This document shows, in pieces, positions 71,793 through 86,727 of a stretch of 248,000 nt of DNA. The number at the start of each line of letters is the position of its first letter. The stretch's first letter is position 1. The notes below the pieces were generated by a model, which saw only the letters and a list, made by a program, of their open reading frames with translations, was not told where the DNA came from and ran no database searches. Made by a program: the position numbers and the translations under genes. Source of the DNA: Octopus vulgaris (lineage: Eukaryota); NCBI GenBank assembly GCA_951406725.2, contig OX597823.1, positions 26,060,001-26,308,000 of the forward strand. Reading direction: 5' to 3'.

Positions 71793-73803
71793 GTATGTAT
71801 ATATATATATATATATATAAGTATGTATGTATGTATATATCTATATATTTGTGTATATACAAACATACATATCTATATATATATATATACACACACGCAC
71901 ATATATATATATATACATACACATAAATATATATAGATATACATATGTATATATACGTGTAAATATGTGTATATGAATATATATATATCATAGATCCATT
72001 CATAACTGTGTATATATCTGTGTGTGTGTGTGCATGTGTGTGATGTAAATATTAACAAATCCAATAGCTTGGTTTTCAATTTTCAGTCATTTCTTTATCT
72101 GTAAGATCTGTAGAATCACATGTATGAAAAATGGATTTTGTGATGTTCCCATACATACCAAAAGTAGTTTATTATGTGTGCATATATATATGCACTTACA
72201 AACTCTCCACAGTTGCTACTGTATCTTAATGCTTTGTGATATGATTCAGGATTTTATTAATTAAACCTTTCTTTACCAACCCAGTTGAAACCGGCTCTGG
72301 CTCCGAATACAAATGTCTTGTCTTCATAAGTTTTGAATTAAAATCTTCCACCAGACTTTAGTCACAGTTTATGTTCCTAACACTAGCTTAATGATAACTA
72401 CGTTCTTTCACTAATTTCTTTGTTATCTTTAAAGTAATTGAAAGAAACACAGAGCATCGCAAAATAAATACAGTAATGAAAGGGTAAAACCTTTAGTTGT
72501 ATTGAAAAGTACTAACAATAGTACAATAAGTGTGTGTATACATACATACGTAATTATGTATGGTACAGAGTCATGCAATGCACACCAGCTGAAGAAGAGC
72601 AGTGACCAAATCATTAAACAAAACAAGTTTTTCCCATCAGTTTGACAAAGTTATATCTAAATATGTTTACATCTACTGCAGTTAAATAAATTAAATAGGC
72701 CATACTCTTTGCAAGGCTCTCTAGAAACTAGTTGTAAAGAGTAAGCTTAAAATGAACCAGTACAAGTGAACAAACAAAGCATTTAGAAATAGGGATAAGG
72801 CCCATTTGACAGCTGACATTTCATTTCACCCACCTGCTCTTCTGAATCAATGTTACAGATATAAGACCAGTAATGTGGGTCAACCAGTGGGTGGATTCAC
72901 TAAAGGTTAAAGGTTATCATTTCACCTCACCCTCACTCTGTTTGGTTTTATAAATGGAATCAAATCTTTAATTGATTTTTAAAGTGCTTTTTCTTGTTAC
73001 AAAGGAATTTTAATAATTGATATATTGCCATTTCCCCCCACCATTTTTATTGTAGAACATAGAATAAAGGAGTTTTCAAAGATGCTAGTGGTGATGGTTA
73101 TTGTTTTGATCCAGGCTAGTCCTGATTCTACAGATCTGTCATTGAAAGCTTTCTGCCTGTGACCATCCTCTTCTTTTCAAGAGACAAAATGTGTGTTTCT
73201 AGAACTACATTTTTGATGTACCCTTCCTTGTTATTTAGCCTCTTATCCAATAAATCTATGATCATTTGTATTCTATCTATGACCAACTAATCTTTTTTTA
73301 GGCATCATCATCATCGTTGTACATCATTGTTTACATCAGCTTTGTCATGCTGGCTTGCATTTAGCATATTTTCTGTGATAATGTTTTAGGGCCAGATGTC
73401 CTTCCTGTTATCAAACCCTTTTAGTCGTCTCTTGTGACATGCAAGGATTTGATGTGTCTATTCTAAAACTAGGGTATGCAAATTAATATAAAATATGTAT
73501 TACTACATTGCCTAATGTGGCCCTTGCTTTTTAAAGACAGTAGAACATGGCTTGAGGGACATTTGACAGCTATTCCTAGGAAGACAAGCAACTGCAGTAT
73601 TCTTCATCACTTTAGTGTTGAAGTAGCAGAGAAGCAGGACTAAATTATATTTCAGTGTTTTGTTGTGTTGCTTTATATTCTGAGTTCAAATCCATTTGAA
73701 GTTGGCCTCCATAAGAAGAAATCATGACCAAAAAGAACATATTTGTATTCTGTATTCCATTCCAAGCAGTTGTAGCAGTTGATATAAAGGTGAAACAAAG
73801 TAC

Positions 73804-73843
73804 CCATTAAATGGAAAGCAAGAGGAACATCATATGCTGTAAT
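73804..73843 (-). CDS. Exon of gene X: ITAYDVPLAFHLM(G)
   Basis: Strong acceptor tttttctctctccctgcag|, donor |gtactt; only one frame open (phase 0 to 1), which matches the 68243 exon. Confidence 0.6.
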
Positions 73844-76800
73844 CTGCAGGGAGAGAGAAAAATCAGGCATGGTTCATCATTTGTGGAGGGAAAATGGATG
73901 TCACCAATCCTCGTGGAACAACCAAGAATAGAGAGCGAAAACAACACTGAAATACAGGATGACTGAAATAATCAGGATATATGTTGGGCTTTCATAATTT
74001 GTTGATTAGCCTAGCATAATGATGAATATCATTAAGAAAGCTTTAATATTAAACCTACAGAAAATTTAGATTTTAAGTTCCTAATGCTGATAACTTAAAT
74101 ATCCTATGGAGCAATGTGATAGTGAACATAAACACTGATTGAACATTTTGATATCAACCTACCTTGATATGAAGATTACTTCTGGTTTATCAAATCCTTG
74201 CATGTCAATGAAATAAACTGCGTTTTAAATTGATTTAAATGAAAAACTTTTGCCAAAATTTCACATAAGCATAGGAGTGGCTGTTCAGTCCCACTGCATG
74301 GCACCCTGGGCAAGTGTCTTCTACTATAGCCTCAGGCTGGCTAAAGCCTTGTGAGTGGATTTGGTAGACGGAAACTGAAAGAAGCCCGTCGTATATATGT
74401 ATATGTATGTGTGTGTATATATGTTTGTGTGTGTATGTTTGGGTGTCTGTGTTTGTCCCTCCAACACCGCTTGACAACCAATGCTGGTGTGTTTATGTCC
74501 CTGTAACTTAGTGCTTCAGCAAAAGAGACCGATAGAATAAGTACTAGGCTTACAAAGAATAAGTCCTGGTGTCGATTTGGTCAACACCAGGATTTGCTGG
74601 AGCAATCCTGTGGCAGTGCTCCAGCATGGCCACAGTCAAATGACTGAAACAAGTAAAAGAGAAAGAGTATTAAAAAGCTTGCATCCCAACCAACTGGTTT
74701 TAAGTTCACCTTGGGAAAGTGTCTTCTACTATAGCCCAGGATTGACCAATGCTTTGTGAGACAATATGAAAGCCTGCCATGTGTGTGTGTGTGCATGCGC
74801 AAATATTAACATTTCATGACTTTGCTTATTACCATGTTTAGATTCCTTGTTAACCTTATGACCAATCCCTCTGCATGTTCAAAGACCTGTGGAATAAGAG
74901 AATCCCTTTCTTTAAAAACAAGTAACAGTTGATGATAGGAAGAATATCCAGCTGTAAAATCCTGCCTTGAATAATTCCCTGCCTAACCCATGGGAAATGG
75001 ATATCAATCCTTTTGATATCAACCTGCCTGGGACTACCCCTGGTTCTATGATACAAACTTCCTATTTCAGAGTGATCTATTTGTTTGTATGCATATATCT
75101 ACTATATTATTATTTTACTATGGCAAGTGTTTATAAGCCATTTAAGAAACACACAAAAACTGTTAGATTCACTTCAACATTTAAATTTAATTTGCCAAAA
75201 TATTTTCGTTGCTTTGAGACCGCAACCTGTTCATTGATAAAATTCCATGCAGCATGGAATTTAAATGTTGAAGTGAATCTAACGCTTTTTGTGTGCTTCT
75301 TTAATGGCTTATAAACACCTTCCATGCTGCAATTATTTTTGTTCCTGCACACGGTCTTAGATTAGGTCACTTGCTATGTAAGTACATCTCCATAACTATT
75401 ATTTTACTGCTCTTCTCTTTTTCTGTACTGCCATCACCTCTTCTTCCCTAAATTTCTTGCAATGCATATTTACCATTGAGCAATCCTCAATTTTTGTTCA
75501 CCATTCAATATATTCACACCTACCTCCACCTTCCCTACATACTCTTGTAACCTCTACCCATCAAGCCTTCCTGATCTTCTGTCTCCATACTTACTTCTAT
75601 CCACTTTTTGATCAGAAGGTGGTGTCAAGGTGTCAGTGCATTGGGCTTTCATAATTTGTTGATGAGCCATCATATGGAAGCTTTTATCAAGAAAGAATGT
75701 CCTATGGAGCAATGGGGTAGTGAACATAAACATTGATTGAACCTTTTGATATCAATCTACTCTGATATGAAGATCACCTCTGGTTCATCAAATTCCTGCA
75801 TGTCAATGAAATAAACTGTGTTTTAAATTGATCATCTTATCACCACCTTCTTTATCTTTGTAGCTTCACTCCAATTACTCCCACTCACCATTGTATAATA
75901 TGAAGTAGCCATGCCAAAGACAGCTTGGTTCAAAGTCTCTCTTGACCAGAAATGGCCTGAACACTTTGTATGACCACCCTCCCTGTACATAACTCCCTGT
76001 CCACCTACATGGCCTTGCTTTTGCTTTTTGAGCCAATAAAAATTGAATTGAATTGAATGTATCTCTTCTACACCAAGAAACTTGTTTCTGTCCTTTCTAT
76101 CATACTTTAACCTCTCAGCACCTAATATAAAGCTGCTTTCCTCTCTACTGTACTCCCTTTCAGTCAAGGCAATTCTTTGTGAGTTACATAGTATCCTTAC
76201 AATTGCTAATGCTTCAAAGAGCATCCAGTACACTCTGTGGTTAGCACCAGGAAGGGCATTCGGCTGTAACAATTCTGCCAAAGTAGATACTGTAGTACAA
76301 CATACTCCTCTATCTTGTCAGATTCTGTAGAAATGTCCAACCCATGCCAGCATAGAAGACAGACGTTAAATAATGATGACGACGACAACGATGATGATAA
76401 TGATAGTGGTGGTGGTATATGAATATTCAAGGTATATAACCAGGGTATACAAGGAATATATTAAATCATTATAAAATGATTTACCTAATTACTATTGAAT
76501 AATGATTTACTAAACAAATCTATTGTAAATGGAAATCACCTAAGGTTTATATTCTGGCTGTAAATATTTAATTTATTTCATGAATATTTATTGAAAATAG
76601 ATGAACATCTCCACTCTTAATCCCTCCACTTTATCCCCCCTCCCTCTCGCTCTCTCATATACACCACACACACTTCTTGAAGTCAATAAAAGCAAACACC
76701 CACAAACACTTACCTATTGACCATGAAAGGTTTATTTAACTAGTGTGGAAGAAGACTGAACAGTTTCCTGTTTGCAGTTTATTACAATTTATTATTTATC

Positions 76801-77299
76801 AATGACATCTTATAGACATCAATAGCTGAGGCAGGCTGTTACCATTCTCTTTGTGCTGTGGTGTCAGTTAATGGTTGAATTGTAGTTTAGCAAGTTAAAT
76901 TTATTCTCCACTAACTGATAAACATAACAGCCTGAAAGCATTAGGGACACATCCTATATATTTAGTGCCTTCAACACCAACTAGCATGAAACAGCCTCAA
77001 TTAAAGTGATTAAATTTAAAATTCAAATCTAGCTGAAATGTCATTATTACATTAAAGATAATATCGTATATCAATATGTAAACATTTCTTATTTGTTGGA
77101 AGTAATTTATTTTATTAAACCTCTCATGATTCTTGATTATTTTGAAAATTTAACCATAAAGACAGAATGTATTCTTGTTAGGAATACAGTCACAATAGAG
77201 TTGATGATTGCAATAAATGGTTCTCAGGCCCTTGGAGGACCTTTCAAGCTGGTGCAGCTTTCTTTTGATGATGAGAAGCAGATAGATTAAAGAGAAATT

Positions 77300-78780
77300 T
77301 CAGTTCCTAGATAGATCACTTGTATGTCACAGGTAACATTCCCATTTGATCTTGTTTTTTTTTTTCTTTTATTATGTCTGGGCAGATAATGTAACTGTTT
77401 TTCTAAACAGGAAAAAGGGATGAGAAATAAACCACTTTCTGGTTAAGATAGTGGTTTAAGACAGGATATAAAAAAGTGATTTCAAGTACATTGGGGCTTG
77501 GAGAGTCAAAATGAGGCCCTTGAAAATTTGATGGCTTCTTGCTAAAAGAAAACCTCACTAATCCCTTCCATTACATCACTTAATAAAAGTTAGCAAACAT
77601 GTAGCTCTTCAGATATTTTCTTAGCTTCTTACCAAGACCTGTCTATTTTTTCTGAGGCAAATGGATCATTTCCCCCTGTGAAAGGGTGAATGAGTGATAA
77701 TACCCATGAACAAGAGTGTCAGGCATGTTGGATTCATCTTTATGTCTGATTAAATTTGAATCAGACATTCAATGTTGTCTGAATTTATCCAATTTATTGG
77801 CTCATATAAATTCTGGCAAAGAAACTTGAAAGTATCATGTATTTTGCTTCTCATCTTAACAACATTCAGTTAGCATTGCAAGATTTTTTGGAGCTTAGCA
77901 GACTGTACAAAAAGTGAAGTGAGTGAAGTATTAGTAAAACCAACACACTTTGCTTGCATGTTAATTTTGGCTGTTTGGTATAAAGTATTGATTTTTGTAA
78001 ATATTTGCAACAAGTCTGTTAAACCAGAGGTGTCACATTGGATGTGAAGGGAAATTTCTTTGAAGATTTAAAGAAGATATGAAACAACTGGAAAAACATC
78101 TGGAAAGAAGCTTAAGAGGTGACATCAGATCTTGAGATGGAAATCAAACTCCCATAAGTGCGTGAAGGTGTGAGACAAAAGAAGGGAGCATGATGACACA
78201 GCTTCTGATGCCAATTTTCAGAAATGACTGATTCAGAGAATTTGCAAGTTGAGGCCCATATTAATGTTGAAGTTTTGATTGATATTGCAGAATTTATTAT
78301 ACTTTTTAATGTCAAGTGGTTCACAGAAAATTTTGATTTCCTCAGGAAATGTCTCACAATATCTGAAAGTAAAGTGGTGAAAAAATAGTGAAACTGTTAG
78401 AACATCATTATTCCACTGACCTTCACACTGAAAAATTTGCAACAAAATACATTTACCATCAATACAAAAAACAAATTTTGGAAACCAGAACTGAAATCTT
78501 CAGAACAGCTAAATTTATTAACTGACTAAAAACTTTGTGAGATATTTCCAAATATTTGTGCTAATTTGAGAATACTGTTGACAATTCCAGCTGCAATAGC
78601 ATCTGTAAAAAAATCTTCCAGCAAACTTAAACATAGCAAAACCTTTTAAAGGGCAATGTGTCTTACCTGTTAATTTAGCCAGAAGGAATATTGAATCAAA
78701 CATTGCCAGATAAACTGACTTGTGATAATGTTGTCAGAAATTTTTTTTAGATAAAAAGGTTATTTCTTTAATTAATGAGG
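77300..78780 (+). mobile_element. Decayed hAT (Tip100/ZMYM1-like) transposase
   Basis: FPNICANLRILLTIPAAIASVKKSSSKLK near 78540-78640 resembles the hAT dimerisation motif (FPN...LRILLTIP...SAERSFSKLK). Confidence 0.7.
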
Positions 78781-80263
78781 CTTGTTGTATAAAGTAAATT
78801 ATAATCTGGTTATTCTGGAGGACAGAGAATAAAGCATATTCATTAAGTTATCAGTGGTTATATTTAGATTTCTTGAGATTAGCCAACATGTAAAAATATG
78901 CTTTTATAATTATACATCAAAAACTGCCTATTTTGTTGTTGTTGTTGTTATTATTTCATGATGATGATGTTGTTGTTGTTGTTGTTGTTGTTCACTTTTC
79001 AGATGGAATTTGTTGAGGCAGATTTTCTAAGGGTGGATGTCTTTCCTGTTGCTAACCCTCACCTATTTCCATGCAAGGTAATATTTCCCTGTGGCCGGAT
79101 ATGTTCAGAGAAGATAGGAAATGAATGATACCACATGTATGGCAGCGACACTTGTTTACAACTATTATGCAAGTCAAAGAGACATGATCACACACACATG
79201 TGCACATATACACATTCACACATACATATATCTACATATACAACAAGCTTCTTTCAGTTTCCATCCAGTAATTCTAAATAAAAGTCTTTGCTTAGCCTAG
79301 GGCTATAACAGAAGACACTTACCCAAAGTGCTACACAATGGGATTGAACCCCAAATCATCCAGTTTGGAAGTATACTCTTTAACCACTGTCATGCCTGCA
79401 CCTGTTTTTCTCTAAAGAAGGTAAAACATTATTAAAATTTCATTTTAGGCCATTATTTTTATCAAAAAGACTTCATTGAAGATTTAAGGTTCAAATGGAC
79501 TTTAAATTCCCAAATCTCAGTTTTAAGAGAAGCCCTTCCTTCCAAGGGACCCAAACATAGTTATGTTCTGCCTTGCACAATTTCTCTCAGAGATTCTGAT
79601 CACAGATAACATTCTCAAATGATTTCATTAAATCTAATTATTTTTCAATACATCTAAATATTTTGCTCAAGAAACAACAAAATACCACTAAGACTCAAGA
79701 GTCAGTAGTTCTAATCTTTTAAACTCACTATTACTATGGCACTACATAATTCAGGTAGACTAATTTGCATATGACTTGCAGTCTAATTCAATTTGTAAAT
79801 TACTGGTATGCTATCAATGTTTTATTTCACTGCTGCAATGTTACAAAATAACAATTAAACCCATTTAACATATCAAAATTTATCAATTGGATTTGTTGCC
79901 CAGAATTCATACCTTCTCTTTTTCATCATCATCATCATCTCATTTTAACATCCACTTTTCCATTCTTGCATGGATCAGACAGAATTTGTTGATGCAGATT
80001 TTCTAATATGGCTGGACACCCTCCCTGTCACCAACTCTCATCTATTTCTAAGCAAGGTAATATTTTCCATGGTCAGATGTGGTTTTGGGGAAGACTGGTA
80101 ATAAGGGATGCTCCTTATATAACAGTGATGCTTATTGATAACTATTGCATGATGTCAAGACTGCTGAGAGACACAAACACACATATTATATGCAAATACA
80201 CACATGCAAAATATAAGCAAACACACGTCATTTATGAAAATTGGTCTATCTAATCCTTTAGTA

Positions 80264-80556
80264 CAATGGTTCACAAAGTGGGTGGTACTATTCCCCCTGG
80301 GGGCAGTGGAAAGATCCAGCGGGGGGGGGGGGTTGAAGTAAAATGGGGCGATAACAGGGTGACTAAAATGGGGCAGTGAATATAAAAAAACAAATAAAAT
80401 AAAGGGTTAATTAGGTTAAGTTTTATTTGTGAAATACTGTTTTTTTTAACTTGCTGCAGAAAATGGTCAATGTCTGTGATGGTGAGTGGGGGGGGCACTA
80501 GGAATGTGGCCTTAGAATCAAGGGGGCGGCAGCCTGAAAAAGTTTGGGAACCACTG
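80264..80556. mobile_element. hAT MITE
   Basis: TIRs CAATGGTTCACAAA / TTTGGGAACCACTG; perfect 8-bp TSD CTTTAGTA. Confidence 0.88.
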
Positions 80557-82976
80557 CTTTAGTATTATTAAGCTTATAAGTTGTGCTCCATGGACAGCTA
80601 AGGAGGGTACTCAGTCACTGATGAAATCCCAACACAAGATTAAAACTAGTCCAGTTCATTGCCCTTTTTCTGCTCATGGAGATATTCTATACAAAGACAA
80701 GATATTTACATCTGTCTATTACATACAGGTTTGGCTTAAGTCTAAAAAATATAGATTTTTTTTTTTATATAGATTAAACATACCACATTGTAGTATTGTA
80801 TGAAACTAGATAATGGAGTCTTAGAAATAGTATTTATAAAAAGAAAATAGGATGATTATAGTTGGAACATCTTTTATTATAGGTCTGATTGATTAAGGAA
80901 GATTTAGAGTTAAACAACACTAAAACATCAATAGCAATATGAAAGCAAATGGTGTGATAGTGCCATTTAGTCAACCTCATATCTACTGATTAGTTAATAT
81001 TATAGTGTGATAGTTTATAGTTTTCTCATAAATATATTTTACATTCTTTCTTATATTATCAACACAGCCTGCTCTACAGAGTGGTTGGTGTTAGGAAGGG
81101 CAACCAGCTGTAAAACTATGCCAAAGCAGACACAGAAGCATGGTGCAGGCTCCTGCCTGGCCAGCTCCTGTCAAACCATCCAATCTATGCCAACATGGAA
81201 AGAGGACATTAAATGATGATGATGATGATGATGATAGTGTGCTACTTATTGTCATTAGGCACAGGTGTTAGTAAATTATTAGATATTTGCTCACAGGTTT
81301 TGATCTCACTGTACATAAAGCAGCAGAAATTCTGGTAGTGTGCCAATTTTGCCAATCCAATACCTTGAAATATGTGCTAAAATGCTAGAGGTTTATTGGA
81401 TTAAATATACATAGTTTTAAATTTATTGTAGAATACTGAACTTAAATTATGTTCTTAGCTGCCGAAGCATCTGAAAGGCGCTATTTTCTTACATTAATCA
81501 CAACATTGGGGTTGTGATAAGAGAAAAAGAGATAGAGAGGATATAAAAACAGTTCATGCCATTTGACAAACATATGTGGCTCTTTACAAAATATCAACAT
81601 GACTCAAGGTTGTGCCACCAAGTTTAGACTTAAATTTGTCCTTACAGTCTAGAACGGGATTTCCTAACAGTTGTGAAAGGTAGGAGAGTCCAGTTTGCTG
81701 GACATTGTTGTAGAGCTGAAAGCGAGACAATTTCTACTCTTCTCCTCTGGAAGCCATCTACTCGCAATACCAGAGGGCGCACACTCTCCTACCCTGATGT
81801 AATCTCCAGGTATACAGGCATCCAGCAACAGGACCTCCGTAATGCTGGCGTAGCATGGTAAATTCCATTGTCTCGACCACGGTCGAACAATGATGATGAT
81901 GATGAACAGTTAAAGTGAGGGATAAATAGATTAACAGAAAAACATGTTACCTCATATTATTATTAATGAGGACTTTTCAAAATTTTACAGATGGGCTTCA
82001 GATCAGTTTTAAAAGTTTCTAAAATTAAAATCCAGAATCTGAAGAAAATGGTAAGAATTTGAATCAGTAAAATGGTATTAAACCTTTTGTTATCCACCCA
82101 GCTGAAACCGGTTCTGGCTCTGAGTACAAATGCCTTGTTTTCAAAGTTTTGAATTAAAATCTTCCACCAAAGCTTAGTAACAATTTACATTCCTAACACT
82201 AGCTGAATAATAACTAAGTTATTTTACTAAATTCTTTGTTATATTTAAAGTAATTGAAAGAAACATAAAGCATCTCAAAATAAATACAGTAATGAAAGGG
82301 TTAAACATCAAAAGATAGATATCAATCGGTTTGGTTACCACAAGGCTGGCAGAATTGGTAGCACTCCAGACAAAATGCTTAGTGATATTTCATTTGTCTT
82401 TATGTCTTGAGTTCAAATTTCAATGAGGTTGACTTTGCCTTTCATCCTTTCAAGATCAATAAAGTAAGTACCAGTTGATTGCTGGAGGGGTTGATATAAT
82501 TGACTTAACTCTTCCCTTGAAATTGCTGACCTTGTGCCAAAACTTGAAACCAATAAGTTTGATTACTATGAGAACATGAAGAGTGGAAAAACTGATTTTT
82601 TTTTTACAGAAACTTTATGCCAAATATTGCATTTTTTTCTCTTTTCTTGCAGCTTTTATGACAGACATTTGTTTTACAGTTAGCATATGAATTTAAAGAT
82701 TAAATTTATCTGTTGATTTTTTTTCTTTTATATTGTACCAGATATTCACATATATTTTGCTTATATTTTAATTCGTTTTCCTAAAATTCTTGCCAGGCGA
82801 TGCTAAATCTGCAATTATGTTGAAATGGTTCTAGTATTTTCATTTTTTGTTCTTTGTTTGACTATAAATTATGAAAAATAGCACAGTTTGAAAGTATTCA
82901 ATGGAGTGTTAGTATGATTCAGCAAACACTTTATGCCCACCCAAAGAGATGTATTTCACTGGTGTTACTGGAGGAG

Positions 82977-83019
<43 letters not shown>

Positions 83020-83022
<3 letters not shown>

Positions 83023-86000
83023 GAAGTTCTTGAGGCCTTCTACCATGCCATATATTTCCCCACAGATAAATCTAACACTGTACAAACATACTTAAACTGG
83101 AGACAGAAACACTCTGAAGTAAGACCCTACATAGACAGTAAGAAACTTGCCAACATCAGAAGAAATATTATAAAAAAAAAATTACTGACTGAAGTAGAGA
83201 TTGATCAAGTTAGACAAGCAATATCAGATAAAATGAACGAAGCTGCAGCTAGAGAAGATAATACAAAGGAAATAATTATAGACCAGCCCAGGGCTGATAA
83301 AAACGAAGTAAAGATTGAAAGAGTTAGTATAAGTGATAGGCAAAGTGAAATACTCCCTGAACCAATCATAAACACTAAGACAGATGAACAAATAGATAAA
83401 GAAAGTCACACAAATATTGACCCAACAGAACTACATGAGCTAAAAAATCAAATCATGATTGAATGGCTGAAAATTAAAGAAACCAGTATGGATGAACGTG
83501 ATGCACTCCCTAAAATCCGCAACTCTAACCAAAACATGAAAATAATTGGTAAAATCCAGCTTGCACTTAAGGATATAATTTCAGCTAATGATGATGATAT
83601 CACAAATCTCAACCACCTATACTATGCATCCGCGAAAATCTCAACGATCCTATGTGGTGTAAAGATTAGAAAACGGCAACATTCCCACAAAAAGCCTTCT
83701 TGGCAAGAGCGTCTGCAACAACAAATTAAACTATTTAGATCTGACATTGAATATTTAAAAAACCTTAAGGTTCACAAGACTACCAAACCTACAAAAACCA
83801 AAAAATTACTGAAAAAATACAATATGAAAACTATACTTGATATCGATGCCACCATAGAAACCATCAAACAAAAAGGTATCTGCCAAAGCTGCCCGCATAG
83901 CGAGGTATGAAAAGCATGTTAGATTTTTCAAGGACAACAACATGTTCAAAAATAATACCAAGAATTTTTACAGGAAGATAGGAAAAACAGCGTTTACTGC
84001 AAGGTCTGTACCATCAAAAGAAGAAGTGCAGGGATTTTGGAATAAAATTTGGGCAGAAGAAAAAACACACAACGAAAAGGCCCCCTGGATTGACAGAATA
84101 TCTACAGAACTGGACCTCTTAGAAGAGCAAAAGTGGGAGGGTGTCAAGGTAGAAGATATAAGATCTGCTCTCAGGAGGTCAAGCAAATGGAAGTCTCCAG
84201 GAAAGGATAAAATTCCTAACTTCTGGCTGAATGACTTCCCAGAGAGCCATGAACTGCTAACAGAACTTCACAATGATGTTTTGCAACATCCTAGTAGGAT
84301 ACCTCCTTGGCTAGTTAATGGGTTAACATTCCTGCTTCCAAAAAGTGAAGAAACAAATGAACAAAAAAACTATAGACCCATAACCTGCTTAACAACTATG
84401 TATAAAACGCTAACATCTGTCCTGACGGAATATACTTATAGCTTTTTAACAGACAGTAGCATATTCCCTAATGAACAGAAAGATGTAAACGTGGATCCTA
84501 CGGCTGTAAAGATCAACTACTCATCAATAAGTTGATCTTAGAAGATTGTCACAAACGACACAAAAACTTATCAATAGCCTGGATAGACTATAAAAAGGCA
84601 TTTGATAGCCTACCACATAGCTGGATTAGGAAATGCCTTGAAATGTATAAGATAGCACCTACTCTGCGAAACTTTTTCACTGTAAGTATGAGATCATGGA
84701 GAACCACACTAACTCTGAACAGTGACAATGAATCCCTAAATGCTGGTGATGTAAAAATTGTGTGTGGCATTTTCCAGGGTGACTTTTGTTTAGCCTTAAT
84801 ACCTCTCTCAAAACTGCTCAATGACGCGCAGTACGGGTATAAAATGTTTGATAAAAATATAAATCATCTCATTTACATGGATGATTTAAAGCTTTTTGCA
84901 AAAAATGACCAACAACTCAAGGGCTTACTAGCGATAGTCAAACAATTCAGTGATGACATCAGAATGCAATTCGGCCTCGATAAATGTGCAAAAGCTACCT
85001 TTATCAAAGGAAAAATGACAGAAACATCTAATGTTAACCTTGACCAGCAGAATGTCATAAAAGAACTAGACCCAGCAGAGAGCTAGAAGTACCTAGGGGT
85101 AATTGAAGGGAACGGAATAAGGCATTCAGAGATGAAGGAAAGGATCAGAAGAGAATGTTATCGAAGAGTGAGAGCAATACTCAAGACAGAGCTGAATGCA
85201 AGAAACAGGATCGAAGCGATCAATGCATTAGCCATACCAGTCGTGACTTACAGTTTCAATATCGTTAATTGGTCAATTACTGAAATATGTCAGCTCAACA
85301 GAAAAATAAGAAAACTGTTGACAATGCATAGAATGCACCACCCTAAGGCAGATACAGAACAACTTTATCTGCCAAGAAAAGAGGGAGGCCGTGGTCTTTT
85401 GCAACTGGCAATAACAATGAAGATTGCTACAATTGGCCTAGACACCTACCTGAAAAAGTCTGAGGACTGGATGTTAAAACTTGTCTCAAAACATGAAAAC
85501 AAGAAAGCATCATACTCAGTAACAAAACAGGCAAAGGAATATCTAAGTGAATTCCGAATACAACAAATTTCGGAATTAGAGATAGACATACAAGAAACAA
85601 GCACAGAAAAAGCTAGGCGCATAATAACTCGTGCCAAAACTGCGGCCTTAGATATTCTGAATAATAAATGGCAAGAAAAACCTCTCTATGGCAAATACCC
85701 AAAGAGAGCGAATAATGCAGATATTGACAAAGCCCTGACCCATCAATGGCTAATGGCCTCTGGCTTAAAATCTGAAACAGAAGGGTTTATCATAGCAGCT
85801 CAAGATCAATGCCTACCAACAAGAAACTACCAGGCCAACATATTAAAGAATGGCAGTAGCCCAACATGTCGTGTATGCCAACAACAAAATGAAACCATTG
85901 ATCATGTTGTCTCCAAATGCAGTCTTCTAGCGCCTACAGAGTACCTCAACAGGCATGATAGAGCTGCACAATATATTCACTGGGTAATTTGCAAAAACCT

Positions 86001-86620
86001 GGATTTGCCCCATGAAAAAAACTGGTGGGAACACAATCCACCTCCAGTGCTTGAAAATGACCACATCTCACTCCTCTGGAACTTCACCATTCAAACTGAC
86101 AGAAAGATAGATGCAAATAGGCCAGACATCATATTGAAAGACTTCAGACAAAGAACATGCCTCCTCATTGATATGACTGTCCCAATCGATATAAACGTAT
86201 CTGTCAAGACCTACCAAAAACTGAGCAAATATAAAGATCTTGAAATAGAAATCAGCAAAATGTGGAACCTGAAGACTAAAACAATACCTGTTGTCATAGG
86301 TGCCCTGGGAATGATAGCAAAAGGGGCTGATTGCTACCTAACTCAGATACCAGGAAACCCCAAAATGGCAGAAATTCAAAAGATAGTGCCTATGGGAACT
86401 GCTCATATCCTACGCAAAATACTCTCTATGTAATCCCAAGGTTTAAAACAATTTTTTTTTTTTATGTATTAGACATTCACTAGTACAACACCCCAAAAAA
86501 TCAAATATATGGCACACTAGGCATAACGACAACGTGAACTTCCAGCCTGTTGTCTCTTGAGGTCTCTGGGTGAGACTTGTACAACCAACTTGTACAGACA
86601 TAAAGCAAAAGTCAAACATA
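83020..86620 (+). mobile_element. Near full-length R4/Dong-clade non-LTR retrotransposon (RT, CCHC, restriction-like endonuclease) inside (AAT)n
   Basis: [57 protein letters not shown]. Two frameshifts (about 83880 and 84490), a small deletion after QGD and a stop at 85084-85086; (AAT)n on both sides. Confidence 0.93.
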
Positions 86621-86637
86621 GAATAATAATAATAATG

Positions 86638-86727
<90 letters not shown>

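Noticed and set aside
72834-72899. Exon-like segment encoding ESTHWLTHI, reminiscent of myotubularin LESTHWLEHI
   Set aside because: No HCSDGWDRT exon found, and it is out of phase with the 73804 exon, which joins 68243 directly.
82933-83019. ATG and poly-Asn start of ORF 82933-83910
   Set aside because: Read-through of flank and (AAT)n into the 5'-truncated LINE frame; not a real N-terminus.
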